Source: a virus
Lineage: Duplodnaviria; Heunggongvirae; Uroviricota; Caudoviricetes
IMG/VR virus record: IMGVR_UViG_2623620496_000002
Coordinates: 1-26,571 of that record
Direction: 5' to 3' (one strand)
DNA length: 26,571 nucleotides
The position numbers and the translations under genes are program-made. The notes beneath the pieces were generated by a model. The model made no database searches and was not told where the DNA came from. It worked only from the letters and a program-made list of their open reading frames with translations. Every line of letters starts with the position of its first letter. The first letter of the stretch is position 1. Shown one piece after another: positions 17,064 to 26,571 of the stretch.

Positions 17064-17292
17064 GGCTCACCACCTCCATATCAGCCATGATAATTTTGCT
17101 GGCCTCATTCAGTGCCATATCAGCACTAAGTTGCATTACAGCCAGTGAATGAGGAACGAAAGCCCCGGCATATTCTGTTTCACTGGTAGCGTGCTTATGC
17201 GCCCTGTCCGCGATAACAGAAATATCAATCAGCGCATCAATCAGTGTTTTGATTGCTTCGGCGGCTGCGTCCGGACGGGTGTTATTGCACAT
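17056..17292 (-). CDS. hypothetical protein (78 aa)
   Basis: Compact ORF overlapping neighbours by a few nt, same orientation as the cluster. Confidence 0.45.
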   Translation of the reverse strand: MCNNTRPDAAAEAIKTLIDALIDISVIADRAHKHATSETEYAGAFVPHSLAVMQLSADMALNEASKIIMADMEVVSHE

Positions 17293-17488
17293 GGTGCACC
17301 CCCTGACGAATACGGGCGGCGAATACCATCACGCAGCCAGCCGGTGATTGCTGACGGGCTTCCTGTTCGCTGGTGGCCTCAATGGTAATCACGCGCGGTT
17401 GTGCCGTACTCAGGGCGATAAAACGCCAGATGTATTTATTCAGGTTGTGCGAGCCCCGCCCTTGCGGGTGTGTGGTATGATTTCTCAT
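17282..17488 (-). CDS. hypothetical small protein (68 aa), possibly Icd-like
   Basis: C-terminal 68 codons of track ORF 17282..18274, starting ATG 17486..17488 (MRNHTTHPQGRG...); first gene downstream of the divergent operator region. The Icd-like label is a weak recollection, not verified. Confidence 0.4.
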   Translation of the reverse strand: MRNHTTHPQGRGSHNLNKYIWRFIALSTAQPRVITIEATSEQEARQQSPAGCVMVFAARIRQGVHHVQ

Positions 17489-17585
17489 AGCTACCTCGAT
17501 ACTGTTGCTATCGTTGGTGGTTAGAAGCCCGGTTAGTGTTAGCGCACTGCCGGGTTTCGTCGTTTCTGCACCTTGCACCAACAAG

Positions 17586-17637
17586 GTGTTGAACACCAAT
17601 TTAAACCCAGGTGTTGAACACGTCAAGTGTTGAACAC
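17586..17637. promoter_or_regulatory. three copies of palindromic operator GTGTTGAACAC in a divergent promoter region
   Basis: GTGTTGAACAC at 17586..17596, 17611..17621 and 17627..17637, between the minus-strand start at 17488 and the plus-strand start at 17688. Confidence 0.6.
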
Positions 17638-17687
17638 TTGTTTTTTTTCCTGCATACTGCATTTGTTTTTTGTGAGGGGTACACAAC

Positions 17688-17867
17688 ATGGCGACAAAAG
17701 CAGTAAACGCAAAATCACAAACAGTTGCGGCAAGGGTTCCGCATGAAGTTATGAACAATGTTGAGGCGGTAAAAATGCCTGGTGAAAGTACAGGGCAGTT
17801 TGTAACAGCAGCATTAAAGCGAGAAGTTGAATACCGCCAGCGACGCAAGGCTAAAGAGCAAGAATAA
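17688..17867 (+). CDS. putative ribbon-helix-helix type small DNA-binding regulator (59 aa)
   Basis: ATG 17688 preceded by GAGGGG RBS; translation MATKAVNAKSQTVAARVPHEVMNNVEAVKMPGESTGQFVTAALKREVEYRQRRKAKEQE; below the 60-aa cutoff of the ORF track; directly downstream of the operator repeats. Confidence 0.55.
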   Translation: MATKAVNAKSQTVAARVPHEVMNNVEAVKMPGESTGQFVTAALKREVEYRQRRKAKEQE

Positions 17868-17924
17868 TCACTATCAGCGCTGTGGTGTGAGGTACTCCGG
17901 CGCATTGCTTTACAGGTCGGCACT

Positions 17925-18134
17925 ATGAGCAAAAAATACCTATCCACTGAAGAGATTTTCGCAGAACAACGAAGATTGCTTTTACAGAGCATTGTTGCAC
18001 GCCAGAAAGAAAAGGCACACGCTAAACAAATGCCACCAAATACAGAACCAGCGCCTACAAAATTTGCGCTTGATGAGTTTCTCAATAAACAGCCCCGGGT
18101 AATGAAAGCTAACAGGAACCGCCCACCAGGCTGA
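17925..18134 (+). CDS. hypothetical protein (69 aa), second gene of plus-strand regulatory operon
   Basis: ORF MSKKYLSTEEIFAEQRRLLLQSIVARQKEKAH... between the RHH gene and the plus-strand terminator. Confidence 0.5.
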   Translation: MSKKYLSTEEIFAEQRRLLLQSIVARQKEKAHAKQMPPNTEPAPTKFALDEFLNKQPRVMKANRNRPPG

Positions 18135-18200
18135 TCACATTGCCCACCAGCCGCAAATGTGGCATTGTTGGTGATGCTTTTGTTTTCCCTTGTTCCCACT

Positions 18201-18229
18201 GGCGACCCTTTTGCGGTCGCCTTTGTTTT
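18201..18229 (+). terminator. rho-independent terminator
   Basis: GGCGACC-CTTTTGC-GGTCGCC stem-loop (18201..18221) followed by TTTGTTTTG. Confidence 0.6.
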
Positions 18230-18230
18230 G

Positions 18231-18809
18231 TCACTGAATGCGGTTACCAAAGTAAAACTCAGGCTGATATTCACGTATCAGCGTTTTTTCTTCTTCCTCC
18301 AGCTCACGCTTTTTGCGCTTACATGCCTGTAGCTCCCTCCCCTTCTCGCTGGCACTTATTTGATATTGCTCTTTACGGCGGGAAAAATCCTGTAATGCAC
18401 CCCACGGGATACCATAAGCCCCCGTTTTTCTGATACCCGGTATCACATTTCTGAATACCCAGTTACTGAAACGATGAGCAAATGTGCCAGGCGTCGTTGC
18501 TTTGCGGCTGCGGGCTATTAGTTTGTAGAAACCTGACTCAGAGATAATTCTCATATTCTGATTTCCTCCTGGGGTGTAAGTTAAATTTACTCCCTTTTCA
18601 TCATCATCAAGCATCTGCAACGCCGTACGCGAATTGGTTAGTTCCAGCACAGCACAAACATCTTTTGCAACAAACCACGGATCGCCGTTCAGATACACCA
18701 CACGAACGTTCACACTATCAAAGCGCAGAACGACGAGATCACGAATATCGCAGAATTTTTTCACTGGACGAGCGTACCCCTTGCCCGTCACGGCAATATT
18801 TTTATTCAT
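18231..18809 (-). CDS. Bro-N domain protein (phage antirepressor-like)
   Basis: N-terminal VRVVYLNGDPWFVAKDVCAVLELTNSRTALQMLDDDEKG matches the Bro-N motif; C-terminal part charged and coiled-coil-like. Confidence 0.75.
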   Translation of the reverse strand: MNKNIAVTGKGYARPVKKFCDIRDLVVLRFDSVNVRVVYLNGDPWFVAKDVCAVLELTNSRTALQMLDDDEKGVNLTYTPGGNQNMRIISESGFYKLIARSRKATTPGTFAHRFSNWVFRNVIPGIRKTGAYGIPWGALQDFSRRKEQYQISASEKGRELQACKRKKRELEEEEKTLIREYQPEFYFGNRIQ

Positions 18810-18865
18810 CGCGTTTTTACCTTATAGACAAAAAACCCCTCGTGATGAGGGGCATTATTTACTGG

Positions 18866-19123
18866 TTATTGCTGTTTTGTTTTTCCAGGTTTCCATCCAG
18901 GATGCCACTCACCACGGATCCATGCCTGAACCTCTGAAAGTCGATACCCTGCAGCACGTTCACCGATCTTGATACGTCGCGGGAATTTACCTGCCTGCTC
19001 CATTTTCCAGCGTGTTGAGTTTGCCAGCGTGGTAAGTGCTATGCACTCTTTTTCACGAATGAACCGATCAATGTCCTTCATTGTGCGCAAATCGTTTTCA
19101 TCAACAAGAGAATAAATTGCCAT
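18866..19123 (-). CDS. alpA: AlpA-family transcriptional regulator / excisionase-like protein
   Basis: 85 aa, HTH segment with WKMEQAGKFPRRIKIGERAAGYRLSEVQAWI typical of AlpA; immediately downstream of the integrase gene. Confidence 0.85.
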   Translation of the reverse strand: MAIYSLVDENDLRTMKDIDRFIREKECIALTTLANSTRWKMEQAGKFPRRIKIGERAAGYRLSEVQAWIRGEWHPGWKPGKTKQQ

Positions 19124-19124
19124 A

Positions 19125-20366
19125 TCACACCACCTCTTTATTAAGCTCGATAACGTTGTTGTTAAATCCTGCTATCGTATTAAGGTAATTAACCCATATA
19201 TTAAGCACCTCAAGTTTTTTCTTTATATGCCTGCTTTTATTGTAAACACCAGCAACCCCTTTCACTTTATGACCTAAAAGAAGTTCGACAATATAAGGAT
19301 CCGCCCCCATATCATTAAGCGTAGTGGAAAATGTGCGCCTGAAATCATGTATGCACCACAAGCCATTAGTATCATGACCAAGACGCCTGCATATTCTGTT
19401 TGCAGCCCCTGTTATTGTCGCCCTTTGCAAAGCACAACCGACAACATAACCGCGATTTTTTGTTTCTGCGTAAAGATTAACGATCCATTGTTTTATTCCG
19501 TCAGGAACAGGCCTTACTATAGCCTCCTTGTTTTTGCTGTGCTCTTTTGGGACTGTCCATACCCAGTTTTTTAAATCCCATTCGTCCCAGGTGGATAGCC
19601 TCGCCTCCTGCTGTCGGCAACCAAACACCAGGCAGATAACCATTATTCTTCGGTTATATATTGATGACAGAGTTAGCAAATTATTACCGTAAGCATAAGA
19701 CCATACATCAGCGGTTTCATTGATATTAAGAACGCGATCCCTTATACCGGATGAGCGCCCGACATAACTTACGTTAATATCTCCAAAGGGATCGCACGCG
19801 ATGTATTGCCTGACGCGACAAAAACGCAACGCCTGTTTGATATCAAGAAAAATTGCACCAGACATAACAGGCGCATTTTTTTTGATCCTGTCAAAGACGG
19901 TAAGCCATGTGTGTAATTTGCACTGTTCTATAGCCATATCACCGATATAGGGGAAGATATGCTTTTCAAATCGTTTTATTAAATATTCATGCTCTTTTCT
20001 GGCTGTTGTGGCGTGATTGTCGTACCAGTAAAACAGCGCATCCCTTACGGTCACTGGTTGCATAGTTTTTTCGGCAGCAAGTTTTATTTGCCTGCGGGGG
20101 TCCAGATTTTCAGCCAGCCATTCACGGCACTGATCACGCATGCGCCTGGCCGTTGCAAGAGACATGTCAGGATAGCGACCAAGTGTAAGCCATACCGGAG
20201 GGGATTCCCTGCCACCAAGACGATAGTAAAAAACAAAGCTGATCCCCCCAACCATGCTTACACGCACAGACAACCCGCGCCCATCCGCTATTGTTTTTTG
20301 TTTGTCCTGCCGTTTTCCGACAAGACTCTTTAACAGTTTGTCACTGAGTTTGTTTTCAATAGCCAT
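19125..20366 (-). CDS. int: tyrosine-type site-specific integrase (P4-like)
   Basis: 413 aa; N-terminal arm-binding-like region, C-terminal catalytic residues HDFRRTF...LLGHKVKGVAGVYNKS with the conserved tyrosine. Confidence 0.95.
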   Translation of the reverse strand: MAIENKLSDKLLKSLVGKRQDKQKTIADGRGLSVRVSMVGGISFVFYYRLGGRESPPVWLTLGRYPDMSLATARRMRDQCREWLAENLDPRRQIKLAAEKTMQPVTVRDALFYWYDNHATTARKEHEYLIKRFEKHIFPYIGDMAIEQCKLHTWLTVFDRIKKNAPVMSGAIFLDIKQALRFCRVRQYIACDPFGDINVSYVGRSSGIRDRVLNINETADVWSYAYGNNLLTLSSIYNRRIMVICLVFGCRQQEARLSTWDEWDLKNWVWTVPKEHSKNKEAIVRPVPDGIKQWIVNLYAETKNRGYVVGCALQRATITGAANRICRRLGHDTNGLWCIHDFRRTFSTTLNDMGADPYIVELLLGHKVKGVAGVYNKSRHIKKKLEVLNIWVNYLNTIAGFNNNVIELNKEVV

Positions 20367-20385
20367 TAAAAGCCCTCAAGAGATT

Positions 20386-20438
20386 TGCAATACACACCCA
20401 TCCCGATCGCCAATTTGCAATACACATTGCAATACACA
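20386..20438. repeat. three direct copies of TGCAATACACA upstream of int (candidate arm-type or regulatory sites)
   Basis: TGCAATACACA at 20386..20396, 20416..20426 and 20428..20438; same core as the left-end copies at 10251..10271. Confidence 0.55.
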
Positions 20439-20514
20439 AAACCGCGAAAAACTGGAAGGGTGATGAACGGTCATCAAAAGCATGGAAAACGACATTCCAG
20501 ACGCAGCAAGGGTT

Positions 20515-23495
<2,981 letters not shown>

Positions 23496-23521
<26 letters not shown>

Positions 23522-24041
23522 TCAGCAACCCCGGTATCAGTTCATCCAGCGCGGCTGCTTTGTTCATGGCTTTGATGATATCCCGTTTCAGGAAATCAAC
23601 ATGTCGGTTTTCCAATTCCGGAAAACGCCGCTGCACCGACAGGGGGATCCCGTCGAGAATACTGGCAATTTCACCTGCGATCCGCGACAGCACGAAAGTA
23701 CAGAATGCAGTTTCCACCACTTCAGCGGAGTCTCTGGCATTTTTCAGCTCCTGTGCGTCGGCCTGCGCACGCGTAAGTCGATGGCGTTCGTACTCAATAG
23801 TCCCTGGCTGGAGATCTGTCTCGCTGGCCTGCCGCAGTTCTTCAACTTCCCGGCGCAGCTTTTCGTTCTCAATTTCAGCATCCCTTTCGGCATACCATTT
23901 TATGGCGGCGGCAGAGTCATAAAGCACCTCATTACCCTTGCCACCACCCCGCAGAACGGGCATTCCCTGCTCCTGCCAGTTCTGAATGGTACGGATACTC
24001 GCGCCGAAAATGTCAGCCAGCTGCTTTTTGTTGACTTCCAT
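23496..24041 (-). CDS. Nu1: terminase small subunit Nu1
   Basis: 181 aa ORF MEVNKKQLADIFGASIRTIQNWQEQGMPVLRGGGKGNEVLYDS..., near-identical to recalled lambda Nu1. Confidence 0.95.
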
Positions 24042-24197
24042 TGTTCATTCCACGGACAAAAACAGAGAAAGGAAACGACAGAGGCCAAAAAGCCCGTTTT
24101 CAGCACCTGTCGTTTCCTTTCTTTTCAGGGGGTGTTTTAAATAAAAACATTAAGTTACGGCGAAGAAGAACGGAAACGCCTTAAACCGGAAAATTTT

Positions 24198-24261
24198 CAT
24201 AAATAGCGAAAACCCGCGCGCCTTCCGCCCCGTAACGCTCCGGATCGCCGGAAAGGACCCG
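24198..24261. other. prophage cos region (cohesive-end core at 24219..24230 differs from the canonical lambda-type core)
   Basis: CATAAATAGCGAAAACCCGCG-CGCCTTCCGCCC-CGTAACGCTCCGGATCGCCGGAAAGGACCCG, upstream of Nu1; flanks match the recalled lambda cos region but the 12-nt core reads CGCCTTCCGCCC rather than AGGTCGCCGCCC. Confidence 0.7.
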
Positions 24262-24405
24262 AAAATGATAATACATATCAATTACACTTAGAGGGGGGGT
24301 AATTTGTTCACATCAACACTCCGGACCCAATGGCCTTCTACTCTGGTTTTGCCATAAAATAGTCCTGATACATATTCATATCAGTTAGTCATATACGGAA
24401 AAAAT

Positions 24406-24732
24406 ATGGGCATTACTATTTTCAGCAGTGAAATACAGGATGTTGATAGCGAAGCGATGTACAAGAGTTGGCTAGCGACCCATTCCGATGGATTCGTTAT
24501 TAATCTGCTTAAGTCGGCCAGCGGGAAAGGCAGAAAAAGTGATGCCAGATTTACGCGGATTCATCGAGCCTCATGCAAATCAATCAACCCGTTAATCAGT
24601 CCTAAAAATCACGCCAGCTTTACTACTGGCCGATACCAAAAAGTATGTGTTCTTACGCTTGACGAGGCCGAGTCCACCGCAGGCCAACTAACAGGACTGC
24701 CAACCATCCAGAGATGTCATTGGTGTATATAA
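24406..24732 (+). CDS. hypothetical protein (108 aa), AT-rich moron between lysis genes and cos
   Basis: Plus-strand ORF in an AT-rich block opposite in orientation to the late operon; contains Cys/His residues (HRASC...CHWC); no recognisable family. Confidence 0.45.
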   Translation: MGITIFSSEIQDVDSEAMYKSWLATHSDGFVINLLKSASGKGRKSDARFTRIHRASCKSINPLISPKNHASFTTGRYQKVCVLTLDEAESTAGQLTGLPTIQRCHWCI

Positions 24733-24759
24733 GATACTGCCGTTACGATGGGCCTGCCC

Positions 24760-24786
24760 ATTGTGATGGCAATAAAAAAACCGCCA
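24760..24786 (-). terminator. rho-independent terminator downstream of the membrane moron
   Basis: Minus strand reads AACCGCC-TTTT-GGCGGTT followed by TTTTTTTATT. Confidence 0.6.
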
Positions 24787-24799
24787 AAAGGCGGTTAAT

Positions 24800-25288
24800 C
24801 TAACCGAGTGGATTATTTAACTTTTTCTGAGTCTGCTCATACTGACTTAGCGGAAAGTGTATCACTTTATTCGCTTCCAATGTATCAACTTTACCTAACA
24901 ACAGTTTTCTTACTTTAATTAAATATACCCTCACATCTGGTGCACCGGGGGTTTTCGAAAGAATATCTGAAAGCTCACTAGCCAACTCTGGAGGTAACCA
25001 CAGAAATGCTTCATAGGTTAACTGTCTTAATCTAACTCTGTCATCAGGATGGCTAATCCATAAGGCAAGCAACTCAGCAATCAGAGCTGACTTAAGCCTG
25101 ATTTCTCTTAAGTTTTTTTCGCTCTCTAACTGTCGCTGATGAGATAACTTAATTGACTCAAGAAGTTCATTGTACTCATGTTGAACCGATGAAGTTATTC
25201 TCGCAGCCACTAACCTTGGGACTACAAACATCACACCGACACACAGAATAACCCAAATGACTCTTTCTAAATTAATGATATTATCCAT
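24800..25288 (-). CDS. hypothetical membrane protein (162 aa), AT-rich moron
   Basis: N-terminal hydrophobic helix VIWVILCVGVMFVVPRLVAA; AT-rich composition unlike flanking phage genes; has its own terminator. Confidence 0.55.
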   Translation of the reverse strand: MDNIINLERVIWVILCVGVMFVVPRLVAARITSSVQHEYNELLESIKLSHQRQLESEKNLREIRLKSALIAELLALWISHPDDRVRLRQLTYEAFLWLPPELASELSDILSKTPGAPDVRVYLIKVRKLLLGKVDTLEANKVIHFPLSQYEQTQKKLNNPLG

Positions 25289-25364
25289 AATAATGTCTCA
25301 AAGCCATTAAAAACATGATGAGAATAACCTATATTTTCCTTAACTTATATAGAGAAATAGCTAT

Positions 25365-25901
25365 CTATAATCTGCTATTCTCTATGTCCCTGATACCCGC
25401 CAACTGACTATTCGCCTTCTCAATAGCTGCCAGCAGCGGGCTAATCCACAGAATGGCCTGACAATACGTTATTGAGCGGGTGGTAACGGCGCTATCACTG
25501 GCTGCGTCAACGTTCCTGGAATCGGTGTGCATTGCGCTGGCACGTAAACGGTTCGCGTAGTTGAGCAGCCCACCAGCGACATCAGCAGGAACAGGCATAT
25601 CACAGGTTTTTTCACGACGGAGAATCTCTCGGTATTCGATAACAGTTTTCTCGGTGCCGGTATCAATCAGCGAGTTAAGACGGTTGGTGTTCTCTGCTAC
25701 CAGGTTAAACCGGTTGAAGTTGAAGGCTTGGGTAGCTATGACGGTCGCCTGTAGCGCGTTGTCGCTGCGCAGTACCCGGATGTCACTTTCAGATATGGTC
25801 AGTGCTGCATTGCTGCGTGCCAGCAGAACACAGAGCACCGCGATGATAATTACGACAACCACCAGCAGAACCGCAATAATCGCAATTTTGTTGGGTTTCA
25901 T
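25365..25901 (-). CDS. Rz: i-spanin (Rz-like inner-membrane spanin)
   Basis: 178 aa, N-terminal transmembrane segment IAIIAVLLVVVVIIIAVLCVLL then a charged periplasmic domain; start overlaps endolysin stop (ATGA); immediately downstream of the endolysin. Confidence 0.7.
   Translation of the reverse strand: MKPNKIAIIAVLLVVVVIIIAVLCVLLARSNAALTISESDIRVLRSDNALQATVIATQAFNFNRFNLVAENTNRLNSLIDTGTEKTVIEYREILRREKTCDMPVPADVAGGLLNYANRLRASAMHTDSRNVDAASDSAVTTRSITYCQAILWISPLLAAIEKANSQLAGIRDIENSRL
25469..25666 (-). CDS. Rz1: o-spanin (Rz1-like lipoprotein) embedded in the +1 frame of the i-spanin gene (start uncertain)
   Basis: Embedded ORF with lipobox-like LVGC followed by proline-rich PIPGTLTQPVIAPLPP, the typical embedded Rz1 architecture. 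Confidence 0.5.
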   Translation of the reverse strand: MIPAPRKLLSNTERFSVVKKPVICLFLLMSLVGCSTTRTVYVPAQCTPIPGTLTQPVIAPLPPAQ

Positions 25902-26467
25902 CAGAACACTCCCGGCGTTGTTGCAGGCGTTCCAGGGTTAAGTGGCCCAAATCCATCGTTGAGATTTTGCGGATTCTCACCCCACAGGCAAACTTCGCGC
26001 TCAATCTCGCGGCGGGTGATCAGTCCTTTCCACTGCTTACCGCCAGCGTATGTCCAGCGACGTAGCTGGTCACATGCGCCTTTGATATCACCCTGGTTTA
26101 TTTTGCGAAGAAGCGTCGATGTTCTGAAATTGCCAGCACCCACGTTGTAAACGAACGAGTAAAGAGCGCCGCGCGTTGTTTCCGGTATATCGACTTTGAT
26201 GTACGGGTTAATTTGTCTGGCGACAGTGGCAAGGTCTTTATTCAGGAGGGCTTTGCATTCTGCTTCGGTATACGTTTTACCGAGCATAATGTCTTTTCCG
26301 GTGTGCCCGTAACATACAGTCCATACGCCAACGATATCTTTATATGGTATGTAGCTGACACCTTCCAGACCATCGTCACCACTCGGACCAGTGATGAGCA
26401 CAGACGCTATGGCAACAGCCCCACCACCAATAGCAGCTGCAACAGCCTTGCGTAATGATGGCGACAT
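25901..26467 (-). CDS. R: SAR endolysin (phage lysozyme with N-terminal signal-anchor-release domain)
   Basis: 188 aa; N-terminal weakly hydrophobic Gly/Ala-rich segment [18 protein letters not shown] followed by lysozyme-like domain ([19 protein letters not shown]...[13 protein letters not shown]), resembling the phage 21-type endolysin as recalled. Confidence 0.9.
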   Translation of the reverse strand: MSPSLRKAVAAAIGGGAVAIASVLITGPSGDDGLEGVSYIPYKDIVGVWTVCYGHTGKDIMLGKTYTEAECKALLNKDLATVARQINPYIKVDIPETTRGALYSFVYNVGAGNFRTSTLLRKINQGDIKGACDQLRRWTYAGGKQWKGLITRREIEREVCLWGENPQNLNDGFGPLNPGTPATTPGVF

Positions 26468-26571
26468 TATTCACCTCTCGCAGCCTTACGCTTATCTTCT
26501 TTAATCTTGAAATAAAGGTTTGTCAGGTACGTCAGCAGGCCAAATACCAGGCTACCCAGCACACCTATTGC
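26467..26571 (-). CDS. S: holin, C-terminal part (pinholin S21-like; N-terminus beyond window edge)
   Basis: Minus-strand frame ends ...[34 protein letters not shown] with TAA overlapping the endolysin ATG (TAATG); resembles the recalled C-terminus of the phage 21 pinholin. Confidence 0.8.

Noticed and set aside
17282-18274. 330-aa minus-strand ORF spanning the regulatory region
   Set aside because: Runs antisense through the plus-strand operon, its operators and terminator; composition is low-complexity. Only the last 68 codons (17282..17488), downstream of the operator region, are kept as a plausible gene.

Overview
The window is the late (morphogenesis and lysis) region of a lambda-like prophage, all encoded on the minus strand: holin (partial), SAR endolysin, spanins, two AT-rich morons, cos, Nu1, A, W, B, C/Nu3, D, E, FI, FII, Z, U, V, G/GT, H, M, L (partial). 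Most proteins are near-identical to phage lambda as recalled from memory; no database search was possible. The main observation is that portal gene B is split into two fragments (20515..21396 and 9396..10169) by a ~10.4 kb integrated element (10176..20574) flanked by a 13-bp imperfect direct repeat. That element looks like a PICI/P4-like phage satellite: tyrosine integrase, AlpA, Bro-N protein, a divergent regulatory module with triple palindromic operators, replicase with downstream iterons, SSB, homologs of the lambda major capsid (gpE) and decoration (gpD) proteins, its own cos site and a Nu1-like small terminase, but no portal, protease or large terminase. Excision at the repeat would rebuild an intact B reading frame. 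Functional roles of the satellite genes are inference from sequence only.
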